Source: Octopus vulgaris
Lineage: Eukaryota
DNA length: 64,000 nt
Reading direction: 5' to 3'
Assembly: GCA_951406725.2 (NCBI GenBank)
Contig: OX597819.1
Coordinates: forward strand, 84,816,001 to 84,880,000
The notes under the pieces were generated by a model, which ran no database searches, was not told where the DNA came from, and saw nothing but the letters and a program-made list of their open reading frames with translations. A program made the position numbers and the translations under genes. This document shows, one piece after another, positions 14,801 to 27,200 of this stretch. The first letter of the stretch is position 1, and each line of letters begins with the position of its first letter.

Positions 14801-17800
14801 CTTGAAAGATTATATTCATATTATTAACACCTTTGGTCATTTAAACATTCAGTTTAACTTTTCAGCTAATGTACTTAAAGCATTTCTTGTAAACTAGCAT
14901 TGACTCCTTAACCCTTTCGTTACTATATTTCTGGCCAAAATACACCCCTTATGTGTTTCAATTAATTTCTAACATAATCATAAATTTAGTCTGGTTTCAT
15001 TAAACAACTATAACTTTTTTACTTATCAATATATAATGTGATTTTTGGAAGATAATTTAATGAAATGTTCTCAACCAATTCTATACTATAATTTTTGTCA
15101 CAAAGTGACTCTAATTGCAGGTAGATACAGGTAAATTCAACAAAATATAAAATTATTAAAATTTTGTTCAAACATCGCTATAGAAAATGGGTTATTAGCT
15201 AATATTCAATTGGGTATACAACAAAATTTTACGATAGAATTTGTTATTCTGGGTAACTTTCTGATACCCATAATAATATTTATGGCAAAATAGTCTTAAT
15301 TTCATTTAAGGTTGTGGGAAACCACTAACTATCCTTTCTTTTGCTTTGTTTACATTTAGCGTAACGGTTCGTTTCCGCTGTAATGAGTTCAAATAGACTC
15401 ATCGGAAAAAGGAAAAAGAAATAGTCTATCACTTTACTCTCCTGGGAAAGTCTGTGGCTTGGTCCAGTTTCTTCAGAAAAATCACCGAAAGAAACAGTTT
15501 TTAAATTTTCACTCCATTCAGGTGCCAATTCATTTTCTTTATCGCTGTCGGAGCTCTCAGATTCACTGTTTTCACTTTCGGAAAATGAAACATCAGATTC
15601 ATTATCAAATACCACGTGCTTTTTTTTTTCAGTCATTTATGAAGGTCTTCAGTAGAAAATCCTTCGAATTCTGAGTCGCTGCTTGATATAATGAAATTCA
15701 TATCCATTTTTTGTCAGAATTACAAATTTTGAAAACACAATAGGAACAAATTTCGGAAAAAATCTCCCAAAATTCACTGAATTAAAATTACACTTCGATC
15801 GTTGTACAAAACTGTAGATAAACTGTTTACGAAGTTTAATCAGGTGTTTTTACGAATGTACTAAAGAGATTTGCTCTGATATTCTCATTTAAATATGAAT
15901 AGGTAAATACGGGTGGCTTTGGGTGGTTTGGTAACGAAAGGGTTAAAAATACATTTTCAAGTACAATAACAATATGGCAATCAATATATCAAAGAATACA
16001 ATGATTTCTAAGAAAATGCTATCCTACTTTTCTTATTTCAAAGCATGATTCAAATATAGAATTAAATTTTAATCCCAAATACTATCAGTATTTCAATTCT
16101 ATGAAGCAATTTTGAATAATAGCAATGACCAATGTCTTGTGAATGAATTTGGTTGATGGAAACTATGTGAAGTGCATCACACACACACTCACAGTTGTAG
16201 GCATTGGTGTGTCCTAACCATGTGGTATTGCGTTCAATCCCATTGCACAGTCCTTAAGCAAGTGTCTTATTACGATCCCAAGCTGACCAAAACCTTTTGA
16301 ATAGATTTGATGGCAGCTGAAAGAAGACCGTCATATACATGCAAGCATGGCTGTATGGTAAGAAGCTTGCTTCCCAACCACATGGTTCCAGATTTAGTTC
16401 CACTGTGTGGAACCTTGGTCAAGTAGCTTCTGCTATAGTGTCAGGCTGACCAAAGCCTTGTGAGTAGATTTGGTAGGCAGAAACTGAAAGCAGCCATATG
16501 TGTGTGTGTATGTGTGTTTATGTCTGTGTTTGTTCCCTCATCGCTGCCTGACAAAAGATGTTGGTTGATTTATGTCCTTGTGACTTAGTTCAGCAAAAAA
16601 GACCAAGTCTTGGGGTCAATTAGTTTGACTAAAACCCTTCAGGGCAATGCTTCAGCATGGCCACAGTCAAATTACTGAAATGTATAAAAGAATGAAAGAA
16701 TATTATGCATCTTCCACTCCTGTCCCTGTTATACTTGCAACACCTAGCATAAAGCTACCTCCTTCAACACTACACTCCTTTAACCAAAGGGTTTTGTTTT
16801 GCAAGTTACTTGGCAATCTCGGTAGTGCCGGTGACAGGAAAAAGCACCAAGTACACTCTGTAAAGAGGTTGGTGTTAGGAAGGACATCCAACCTTGAAAA
16901 ATCTGCTTTAACAAATTCCATCAGACCCATTCAAGCTTAGGAAAGTGTGTGTTAAATGATGATGATGATGATGATATATACATGTGTATGTGTATGTCTG
17001 TGTGAATGTTTGCAAGCAGTGAATTTTGCTGCCATTTACCTGTCAACAAAATAACTAATGGATTTGTGCTTTTGAAGATGTGTAGAATAAGAGGTCTTTA
17101 CATGAAAAACAGGTATGGGTTAACGATAGGAAAAGCATCCAGCTGTAAAACAATGTTTCAATAACAATGACTTAACCTACATTAACATGGAAAAAAAACT
17201 GGTCATCATCATCATCATCATCATCTAATCTCCACATTTACATGCTTGCATGAATTTAGACAAAATTTGTTGAAGCTGATTTTCTATAGACTGATACCCT
17301 TCCTGCCACCCACCCTCACCTTGTTTCCAAGCAAGGTGATATTTACCCCAATTTTTTTTATTACCAGACATATTTTGCATGAAAGACTGGAAATAAACAA
17401 CCCCGCTTGTATGATGGTGATGCTCATTTACATCCATCATGTGATATCAGAACACACACATATGCATACATGCAACACACACACACACACACACACTGTT
17501 ATATACACACGTGTATATTTTAATATTTCGCATAAGCATGATGATGATGATTAATAGGAATATCTCCAAGTATCTTTTGTGTGCAGACCTCGTGGTTAGC
17601 TGTTGCACTCACGATCACGAGATCGTGGTTTCATTTCCTTTAGGTCCTCCCCAGCAAGAAACCCATAATGCTCCAGTCCTTTTCTTTCATACTATTCTCT
17701 CTACTCCTCATTCTCCCAACATCAGGTCTCCCTCTTCACCTGTTTATTCATAGTCTTGCAAGCTGCATGGTGATCACACTAGTGCTGATGACATGAAAAA

Positions 17801-20800
17801 AGCACTCAGTGCATACTTAGTCAAAGTGGTTTGCGTTAAGAAGGGCATCCAGTCACAGAGACCATACCAAAGCAGATACTGGAGCATGATGCCGTTTTGG
17901 GGCCCATTAGAACCTGTTAAACTGTCCAGCACTTGCCAGCATGGAACACAGCTGTTAGATGATGATGAGGCAGATGATAATGTGTATAGATTATTTATGA
18001 TTTGGGAAAATAGACCAAAGAAAAGGACCTGAGACACGAGAACAATAGGCCTCAGATTAGAGTGTACAGGATCAAGTTGCAATAAAACCTCTATAATAGA
18101 TCTGTCCTATCTATGCTTTTACAGAAAAGAAGAAAGTACTAACATATCCTAGCATTTCTTCATTGAAAATATATTGTATGAGTATGTTTCTATTTAATAA
18201 TAAACCATTGAAAGTACCAACTCTATCACCACCTCTGCTATTTGTAATTGTTTTGTTTGATATGATTTAGGCAAGAGTATGTTTCCCAACCATATGGTTT
18301 TTAGTTCAGTTCCAGTGCATAGCACTTTGAGCAAGTGTCTTCTGAAGTCTTGGGCTGACCAAAGCTTTGTGAGTGAATTTGGAAGACGGAAATTGAAAGA
18401 AGCCTATCATATGTGTGTCCCCGTGTCCGTGTCCTTATCTTGATATCACATGATGGTTGTAAATGAGTGTCACCATCAGATGAACAGTGCCCTTCGTTTT
18501 GAATCTTCTGTATAAACATATCTGGCCATGGGAAAATATTACCTTATTTGGAAACAAGAGTTGATAACAGGAAGGGGATTTGGCCATAGAAAATTTGCCT
18601 CAACAGATTCTTCTGACTTATGAGAGCTTGAAACAGTGGATGTTAAAACAATGTTGATGTATGTGTATGTTTGTGTCCCCTTGCCTTGACATTGCTCAAT
18701 CATTAAGTGGTGTTATTCATTTCTAATTTTTGGTGAAAAGATGTCTGGCCACGAGGAAATGTTACCTTGCTTGGAAATGGGTGAGGGTTGGTGACAGGAA
18801 GGGTATCAGGCCATAGGAAATCACTCTCAATGAGCTTTGTCTGAACCCCTCATAGAATGGTGGATGTTAAAAAGATAGTGATGATGAGGATGATGTTGCA
18901 TGTAATTAGCTAGCTCCACATGATGATGGGCTACTTAAATATCAATAAAAATGTGATTTCTATTTCCATTTTCCTTATTTAAGTTGGTATGGTTATTCCT
19001 TGTCATATGTAAAACTGAAACTCATGCTTTTGGACTATTAGGTGTCAAAGGAAATATGTTTATGGTGTTTATGAGTGTTAACATACCTATGTGCTCACAC
19101 ACACACACACACAAACACATGTTTATATAACTTTATATTTTAGAGTCCCTTGGAATTTTCAAAGTTACACGAGGAATTGATGTTGTCTGTCAATGATTGG
19201 CCAGAGTATAATCCACCAATTGATAAATGTGTCGCTTTATATTGGGATGATTGGAGCCAGTAAGTAAGACTTAATTATGACTCATTAATATTTTAATCTA
19301 TTTTCTAGTTTCAAAGAATTTTCCAGAACATTGGTTTTTAATAACAATGGTTATATCATGAACTTATTTAGCAAAATGGAAGTCAGTTTTTTGTGGGGTT
19401 TTTGTGGATATTGTTCTTAGCAATATTGAAGTAGTCAAGATATTTTATGAGGTATCCTCCCATATATGGGAAATTTCTTCCTCACACCAAAATCTTCAAA
19501 TATGTGGGTTAGTAAATCTTTGCTTATTTAGTATATTAATTTTTGATTAGCTAAACAAGAGGGGAAGAATAGTTCCTATAAGCTTTCTAGACCTTCCAAC
19601 ACTGGTGAAATTAATATGACTGGTGTTCAATTTGAGCATATGTATAAGTCAACATTTGCAGGGAAAAATATGAATGAGGATTCCATAGGGCTGCTTTTCT
19701 GAAGAGGAAGGAGTGAGAAATGTGTTTATATCATATTTAAGAAATTACAATGGAAACTTCACTGCAATTACTTGAATTGCACTTTTATTATTCAGAACAC
19801 AAAAAGTTGGTTGTAACTTTAGAGTGTCTGGATTAAATGTCTTCCTTTATTCAGTTTTTTGCTTTTAGATTCTAAATCAAAATTTCACTAAGATTCTACT
19901 GGATTCAATCAAATCACTATTCAAAATATACTAAGTTGGTTGTTTTATTTCAGCTAAACTACTTCTATATGAAAGAAGTCTGGTTCCATAGGCAAAAAAA
20001 ACTTTACTAGTTCAACTCTTTGCATTCAGATTACTCTGTTAAATATAATGCTTATTTATTCACACTGTTTGGAATTAATGAGGCATTATCTCAAAGCGTT
20101 GAGATTTCAATGATGCGATTGTTTATTTTTATACTGACATTGGAGGGTAAGTCTGGTTCTTACTTTATTAGTCTCTTTTGCTGAACCACTAAACTAACAC
20201 TGGTTATCAATTGGTGTGGTGGAGTGACAAACACAAGCAGTTGAACTACACATATATATATATAGCTCTGTCTGGCCCCGTGTCGGTGGCACGTAAAAGC
20301 ACCATCCGTTCGTGTCCGTTGCCAGCATCGCCTGGCCCCGTGCCGGTGACACGTAAAAGCACCATCCGTTCGTCAGCTCTGTCTGGCACCTGTGCAGGTG
20401 GCACGTAAAAAAACACCCACTACACTCGCGGAGTGGTTGGCGTTAGGAAGGGCATCCAGCCGTAGAAACACTGCCAGATCTGACTGGGCCTGACGAAGCC
20501 TTCCAGCTTCACAGACCCCAGTTGACCCGTCCAACCCATGCTAGCATGGAAAACGGACGCTAAACGATGATGATGATGATGATATATATATATAGTTATG
20601 GATGGTCTATGGAGTTACCCAGGGTTTCACATCCATAAAGCACTTAGCTTTACATCTCATCAGACCCTAATGGCCTATGGCCTATACTCTTTCTTCAAAG
20701 AGGTTTTGGCTATTGGCCATTAGGGTTGGATGGGGCATTAGGGTCTGATGAAAGCTAAGCACTTTATGGACATGAAACTCTGCGTAACTGCATAGACCAG

Positions 20801-23800
20801 CCATAACTATCTGTATCTAAATACTCTACTGCTCTATAACTTAGGGTGTGCTTCTCTTTCAGATTTATGATTTACTGACTATATATATATACATATATCT
20901 AGGGCAGGAAAAATTCCTGAGATCCATGGGCGAGTTCTCTCCAGCGGTCTTTGTCCCTCATCATTGCTGCCATGTCCTGTATCTCCCAGAGACTAGTGTT
21001 TGTCCTTAGGGCATCAACATATTTCATCCTCAGTCTCCCTCTTCTAAAAATATAAATATTCAGCAGTATCAACACAAACAGTGTTTAGGCATAAGCAAAC
21101 TTTAGGTTAGTTAAAATATGTTTGTGTTTTAGAAGTTGAAATATGTCACAGACGCATATATAAATTATATATGATGGGCTTCTGTAATTTCCCTCTACCG
21201 GATTCACTCACAAGGTATTGGTCAGTCCTGGGTTTATAGTAGAAGACACTTGCCCATGGTGCTGCACAGTGGGACTGAACCTAAAACCATATAGTTGCAA
21301 AGTGAGTGTCTTAACCACACAACCATGCTTGCACTTATGTTTGACAAACATTAGGTTTGTCATGGCTAAAAAACATTTCATAAGTGTATTTAATGAAGGT
21401 TGATATAAATCAGTGGTTCCCAAAGTGAGTGGTACTGTTCCCCCTAGGAGTGGTGGAAAGAGCTAGGAGGGGCATTAGAGAAAAGTCGGGTGATAATGGG
21501 ATGGCCAAATGAGGGCGATGGATGTAAAAACAACAAAATAATGGATTAATTAGGTTAAGTTTTATTTGTCAAATACAGTTGTTTTGAATTTGTTGCAAAA
21601 ATTGGTCTATGTTTGTGATGCTGAATAGAGGGGGGGGGGGGGCTAGGAATGTGGCCTGGGTGATGAGGGGGCAGCAGCCCTAAAAAGTTTGGGAACCACT
21701 GATCTAAAGCTAAACAACATTAATGACCTCCAAACATTGACTTTCTGTTGTATTTTATCTTCTTTCTGTTAATATAACAAAATTTGGTCATCAAAAGCTC
21801 AATACCTACTGCATTCATCTCCTTGAGAATATTTATCCCTTTAAAAATATATCATCTCAATTTAGAATTGGAGAATTAAATCTTAAATTTACTTAATTTG
21901 TTTACATTTTAAACAGTATAGTCTTTTTTAAAAAATTAGCTTACAGTTACTTCCTCCATCTAAAATATTCTTTTGCTATTTTCTAACTAGATGAATGTAA
22001 ATTAACATCTGCTATGGTTAACCAGTTATTGACAATAAAAATTGTTGAGGAAACATCTCAAGCAAATGTGAGTAATTCTTTCTCTCTCCCTTTCTCTTAT
22101 TCTCTATAAAATCTGATTGCTAGATCAGGAAAGGAGCAATAAATAAGCAATACTTCATTTTCACACTACATAAATTCTTTCCTTTTTTTGTGATTCAGTC
22201 AACACTAAGGATAGATTTATGTATGGGCCATGGCACAGGGGTCCCACTAAGGGCTGGGGGGTTTAGCTCAGAGAAACCTAAAGCTTCATCATCATCATCA
22301 TCATTTAATATGTTTTCCATGCTGGCATGATTGGGTGGCTTGACAGGAGCTGGTAAAGCTAGGTGTTGCATCAGGTTCCATAGTCTGTTTTGGCATGGTT
22401 TCTACAGCTGGACACCCTTCCTAATGCCTACCCTTTTACAGAATGTACTAGGTGCTTAAAAAAATAAATTTACAGCACTCAAATCAGTAATGTGTAATCT
22501 GTTTTTACTTGTTTAAATTTTAAAAATCAAATAGAGTTCTTTTAAAATTTGCGAGCCCTCTTTTGATTTATTGGGACCATTTTAAAATTAAAAGGCCATT
22601 AAATTTAAGAGTCTCTTTGAATCTAGTGAGGCCCTTTTAGTTTTGGGAGCTTTTTCAAATTGTTTGGGGCCTCTAGATTTAGTGGGGCTCTCTTTATTTT
22701 ATTGTTTTGAATTCACAAAATTATAGTGATCCTGAAATGGTCCAGGGGCTCCACTAGGTCTAAATCTGGCTCTGGTCAACAAACATGGCTAGCATTGTTA
22801 TTTTGTTGAGTAGTCTTGGATCTAGAATACACAGAAAATTACAAACATTACACTAATTAGTGAATGAATCTAACTTGAGAAGGAGCTGTTAACAAAGTGC
22901 TATTGATAATGGGTCAAGGGGTTGATAGCTTATGTCCTATCAGTAGTATAGGCTTCGCTGTATGGTTAAGAAGTTTTACTTGGCTGTTAGAAGGTTTCAA
23001 GTTTGATCTCACAGCATGGAACTTTCAGTCAATGGAAACCTTCATCATCATCATCATCAACATCATCATTTAACATCTGTTTTCCATGCTGGCATGGGTT
23101 GGATGGTTTGACCAGAGCTGGCAAGTCAGAGAGCTGCAGTAGGTTCCAGTCTGAGTTAGCTTGGCTTCTATGGCTGGATGCCCTTCCTAATGTCAATCAC
23201 TTTACAGTGTGTGCTGGGTGCTTTTAACATGACATTGCATGAGTGCTTTTATGTGGTTGAAATTTGGTTGATGGAGACTATGTAGAAGCCTGATGAATTG
23301 AAGCTGTTCTTGACTGGTAGATCTAGTCTATTGTTCAATTTAACACTACCACGTGGACCATGAGTACCTTTAATAGAGTCCATCTTGTTGCAAGTGTTTT
23401 GACTAAGTCTTTAGTCTAAGGATAACATATAAGCCATAGTTTATTTTCTTCTCTTTCTACTATCAATTTTGGGGCCCTGTAAAAATGATCAGAAGCTCTG
23501 CCCTTCTTTCTCAGCTTAAACCATACCCCTCACAAAAAAATTATAAACAAACAAAACATCATGTCCATAATTAATCTTTTAAGTCTGTTACTTATTCCAT
23601 TGGTGTCTTTTGCTGAACTGTTAAGTCATGGATACATAAACAGACCAACACTGGATGTCAAGCAGTGGTGGGAGACGAACACAAAAACACACACACATGT
23701 ATGATGGGCTTCCTCATAGTTTCTACCAACCAAATTCAATCACAAAGCATTGGTTGGCCTGGGGTTATAGTGGAAGACATTTGCCCATGATGCTGTTAAG

Positions 23801-24200
23801 TGGGACTGAACCAGAAACCATGTAGTTGCAATGCAAGGTTCTTAACCATGCAGCCATGCCTGCATCTATGTTCACCTTTAGATAATGGTAGTATTACATT
23901 CTGACCTTCCCTACTGAATGTTGACAGCAATAATTCTAAAGGATTTGTGTTTGCAAATTGGGCCAAAATTTTAATATATTTTTATTTTCATAGAATAATG
24001 TAATGCTGTTAGAGAGATTTTTAACTCTTTGATACTCATCAGTTAACTTCTAGTCATGTCATTTTCAGGTACACTGGACTAGAAGTGCATTCACGTCACT
24101 TTCAGGTACAATTGATGAAAAGTACATTAAAGGTGGTGTTCTTCCAGTTAAGTTTGTTACCGTCAAATGTGGTGATGCACTTGACGAGGGAAAAAAGTAA
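904..24200 (+). CDS. Gene A (5'-incomplete): RRM protein, paralog of gene B, with degenerate eTudor core; putative Tudor-skipping mRNA 904-1139, 2316-2392, 4844-5025, 14052-14375, 21991-22067, 24069-24200
   Basis: All six exons have AG acceptors, the five internal ones have GT donors, and phases are compatible (1-0, 0-2, 2-1, 1-1, 1-0, 0-stop); joined ORF is open; RRM motifs LLVGNFP and QAFLYF; intron positions match gene B. Confidence 0.7.
1373..1601. mobile_element. ~230-bp TTAA MITE (ccctttagcatt…aatgctaaaggg family); other copies ~6525-6754, 20011-20150, 24420-25020, 26776-27501, 32585-32983, 35530-35735, 39643-39870
   Basis: TTAA-flanked short TIRs; repeated internal sequence. Confidence 0.8.
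2316..2392 (+). CDS. Gene A exon: RRM alpha1-beta2 (GELNALFWDYNVSQIEMVNNSNSKR)
   Basis: ttttcag|ggg, ag|gttagt; 77 nt, same length and phases as gene B exon 54944-55020. Confidence 0.85.
2544..2676. mobile_element. hAT-Charlie-type MITE
   Basis: TIR cagtggttcccaaa/tttgggaaccactg; perfect 8-bp TSD gtttataa. Confidence 0.9.
4161..4791 (+). mobile_element. Non-autonomous Helitron-like element
   Basis: 5' TC-tctatatataaa plus gtct microsatellite; 3' hairpin ending CTAG. Confidence 0.7.
4844..5025 (+). CDS. Gene A exon: RRM RNP1-alpha2-beta4 (STQAFLYFSNLQDPYMAIEKYDKAQYLNHNLFVAF…)
   Basis: ttttcag|cactcag, g|gtaagt; aligns to gene B STQSFIYFWNTFDLKRAIKKFDKSTYKGHVLLV. Confidence 0.88.
8770..9641 (+). 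mobile_element. Decayed CR1/Jockey-group LINE 3' fragment
   Basis: YK…STLKYCSHI-like RT C-terminal motif; (AAAT)n tail. Confidence 0.55.
10110..10359. mobile_element. TTAA MITE, second short family (also ~13603-13847)
   Basis: ttaatcctttt…aaagggttaa ends; both copies share gaaatcagata.atccactcaaaat. Confidence 0.65.
11090..11480 (-). mobile_element. CR1/L2-like LINE 3' fragment
   Basis: Minus strand …KILKGLAPNFG…NSLGFKDP*LFNALPKHLR… pattern. Confidence 0.6.
12511..12777 (-). mobile_element. SINE (tRNA-like head gtgcatggctcagt…gagttcgattc)
   Basis: Pol III box-like head on minus strand; related head at 63968-64000. Confidence 0.6.
14052..14375 (+). CDS. Gene A exon: Ser/Asn/basic disordered region with KKKRR
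   Basis: tttcag|at, gaag|gtaatt; 324 nt open, phase 1-1; unique non-repeat sequence. Confidence 0.75.
14908..15946 (-). mobile_element. Internally deleted piggyBac (PGBD4-like), copy 1
   Basis: TTAA on both sides; TIR ccctttcgttac/gtaacgaaaggg; transposase N-terminus …DYFFFLFPMSLFELITAETNRYAK. Confidence 0.9.
18984..19054 (+). pseudogene. Possible decayed remnant of the gene A eTudor N-terminal strand exon (…SCFWTIRCQRK)
   Basis: CFW plus 7 residues resembles gene B YCFWAHVVSEK; in-frame stops upstream, no GT donor; lies ~90 nt before the next Tudor exon. Confidence 0.4.
19144..19259 (+). pseudogene. Gene A Tudor exon 1 (SPLEFSKLHEELMLSVNDWPEYNPPIDKCVALYWDDWS-CA), open but without compatible partner exons
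   Basis: ttttag|agt, ca|gtaagt, phase 0-2 like gene B 42058-42176 (…RCVAMYHSKWF-CG); conserved Arg codon CG changed to CA. Confidence 0.75.
19348..19507 (+). pseudogene. Gene A Tudor exon 2, disabled (GYIMNLFSKMEV / VFVDI / KFLPHTKIFKYV in different frames)
   Basis: Homologous to gene B 38564-38715 (GYILKII…VFFVDVG…WRLSPMARAFKIP); acceptor reads ataacAA|t; tandem gttttttgtgg duplication; frameshifts and stops; donor g|gttagt intact. Confidence 0.75.
21411..21701. mobile_element. hAT-Charlie-type MITE (longer relative of 2544-2676)
   Basis: Same TIRs; imperfect 8-bp TSD atataaat/atctaaag. Confidence 0.85.
21991..22067 (+). CDS. Gene A exon (DECKLTSAMVNQLLTIKIVEETSQAN), eTudor C-terminal segment
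   Basis: ctaactag|at, aat|gtgagt, phase 1-0 like gene B 38349-38428. Confidence 0.7.
24069..24200 (+). CDS. Gene A probable last coding exon (VHWTRSAFTSLSGTIDEKYIKGGVLPVKFVTVKCGDALDEGKK*)
   Basis: attttcag|gta phase 0, open to TAA; AATAAA at ~24263; alternative acceptor at 24105. Confidence 0.55.
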   Translation, partial: VHWTRSAFTSLSGTIDEKYIKGGVLPVKFVTVKCGDALDEGKK

Positions 24201-27200
24201 CATTTAGTTCTCATCCTATTATTTAACTTAAAACCCTAAAAAATAGTTGTGTATTATGCACAAATAAATGTAGTATCACTAACTCATTCTGATTGGCTAG
24301 TATCAAGTCAGAATTAGGCACCGTAGTGCACGATATAGTAAGGGGTGCGAGAAGACTAGAGAATTATTAATGGTATTTGGGAGAAAATAATTTAGCTGGG
24401 GAACAAACAGGTAATGTTGTAACCCTTTAGCATTTAAACTGACTATATCCAACCCAAATATTCCACCTGTCTTATATTTACACTAACCGTATCCTGTCTC
24501 TCACACCTACTCTACAATGTTATTCTAAAAATAAACAATCTCATCTTGAAGTTATGAGATATCATCACCATCATCATCATTTAATGTTCGTTTTCCATGT
24601 TGGTATGGATTGAATGGTTTGACAGTTGCTGACCAGCTGAAGGGCTGTTCAGGCTCCATGTCTGTTTTGGCATGGTTTCCACAACTGGAGCCCTTTCTAA
24701 TGCCAACCATTTTACAAGGTATACAGGATGCTCTTACGCAGCACTGGCATGGGTGCTTTTTATGTGGCACCAGCACCCACAAGATTAGGGATGCTCAGCT
24801 GGAGAGGGTTGCAAGGGACGAGTCTGTATGCAAAGGCAACCACACTTTTACTTAACTTGATGTGTCTTTTAAAGCACAACAAACTGTCAGGAGTCTCGGT
24901 TCCATCATCCCCTCTGTGAGTACCAACATTTATAGATCCTTTCTCACCACTTCATCCCACCAAAACAGTGTCAATGAATAAGCATTGCATTTGACTGAGT
25001 AATCTGAGTCCTAAAAGACTGAAGTAGATTGAATTGTAAATCTTTAAACTTTAACTATCTGTATTTAGTATAAATAGTATAGACAGACTATTAAGTAACC
25101 AGAGTGTCTAATTTCTGTATATACCTGCTGGAGTAACATACCTCATTTTTTCTAAAGTGATGATAATTAAACATCATGTTGTTTGTGCCAAATGGCAGGC
25201 AAATTAATTATCTGTGGCATATTTTTTCCTGATATTTTATTAATCAGTTTTAAATTAAATTATGCATTAATTTTTTTCAATTTTTGAACCCAAGTGGTAA
25301 ATTAAAAATATAGACAATGTTTCAAAGTATTGTATATTGAAAAAAATTCATTTTCATTAAAAAATTTAATGTAAATATTTAAATAATTTTAAATTTGAAG
25401 ATGTGTTTTTTTCTTTTTCATGAAGTAATTTTCTTCTTTCTTTTTTTTTTCAGTATTTTATTCCAAAAGTGAAATTGGTTACTTAAAAATACTTGAAGAA
25501 TAGAAGAATTTTCTGAATAATTTGTCACTTGGGAGATAATCTGCTTTTAACGTCTACATCTCTGCTAAAAAAGAAAAAAAAAAAATCCCCATTTTTTAAT
25601 ATTTAGATTATTTTGTATTTCCACCACTTTTTCTAAGTTTTAAAAATATATTTAAAATTCACTTGTTTTAGCAAGCAATCATTACTATTTTTTTGTTTTG
25701 TATTTAATGGGACCTCTCTATGATTGCAGCAACGAACATTGAGCTGAAATCATTTACATTAAATGGATAAGTTAGAATTTACTGCCAAGCTGATATGTAT
25801 GAGAATGAATGAGAGGCTTCTGTTTGTGTGTATATATGTATGTATGAATAGGAAATTTTGTTTATGATAATAAAATTAAAAAAAAAATGATAAAAGTCAA
25901 TTGATATATTTGATTAGGAGTCTAAAAAAAAAAAGACAGGATGGAAATTTCAGTGTTATCTTGAAGTTTTATTGCAATGGTTTGTGTTATATTTATTAAG
26001 TGTGAAGAGTAATGGAAAAATGTTTTTATTATTGATAGAACAGCTGTCAGTCATAAAAATAATTGTATTTCATTATCAGATTGGGATAGATTCAGAATTT
26101 CCAGAAAAACATAAATCTAATAGGTAAAACTTAGGTTTCTAGGGCCGTTGAAGGACCACAGTGTGCCTCCAATGTGGTATTTCACTCAGACAATGTATAT
26201 AATCAACATTAATTTTTTTCTGTTTTTTAAAATATCCACCCCACTCTTTTTCCATAAGTAAAGAAAAAAAAAATTAACAGTATTGTCTTATGTTGAAAAT
26301 GTTCATAGAAAATATTCAAATAAAAATGATTTTTCATTCTGACAATCCAAATGTTATAAAAGAATGTATATTTATCTACAAGGGATGTGTTTGTGTGTAT
26401 GTATGTGTGCATATGCGTCTGCATTTGCTCGACTGATAAACGGTGAAGTGCCTGATGATTTACAGTGTTTTATGGTTCTAATTTTTTAGCTTTCAAATGG
26501 ATTTTTGTGAAGCAAAAGCTTACTATTCTACCGTATCAAATTGTGTAGAATACACTTCTTTATGTCCTGGTTATACCCACAAAATATCTATAATAAAGTA
26601 AATGTTAACTAACTTTGTAGACATTTTGTGGGAATATATTTTATCGCCACATATTTGGCTAATAATTTTTCTTAAATATGCATTTGTATATAATGTAGCT
26701 TGCTATGACACTAATGTGGGTGTGTATGCTGTAGTCTTGTTGCCTTTCTCAGGTAGTTAAGAAATCTAAGATATTCAACCCTTTAGCATTTAAACTGGCC
26801 ATATCCTGCCCAAATATTCTACCTGCTTTATGTCCAAACTAACCAGATCTGGCCTCTCACACCTACCCCTACATTGTCATTCTAAAAAATAAGCAATCAC
26901 AAAGCTATGAGATAAACTATGATTAATTGAAATCAATCATCATTTAACGTCTGTTGTCCATGCTGGCATGGGTTGGATGGTTTGACTGGTGGCTGGTAAG
27001 GTGGAAGGTTGCACCAGACTCCAGTCTCATTTGGCATGCTTTTCTATGGCTGGATGCCCTTCCAAATGTAGAAAAGCAAGCCAAATCGGACTGGAGACTG
27101 GTGCAACCTTCCAGCTAATTAGCCCTGGTCAAACCGTCCAACCCATGCCAGCATGGACAACAGCTGTCCAAGAATTTGGACCTGGAGGTCTCCATTTCCA

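Noticed and set aside
15325-15636. Acidic ORF repeated three times, suggesting a host gene family
   Set aside because: Lies within TTAA/TIR-bounded piggyBac copies; it is a transposase remnant
18125-18175. Candidate phase 1-1 mini-exon EKKKVLTYPSISSLKIY
   Set aside because: Plausible splice sites but no homology to gene B
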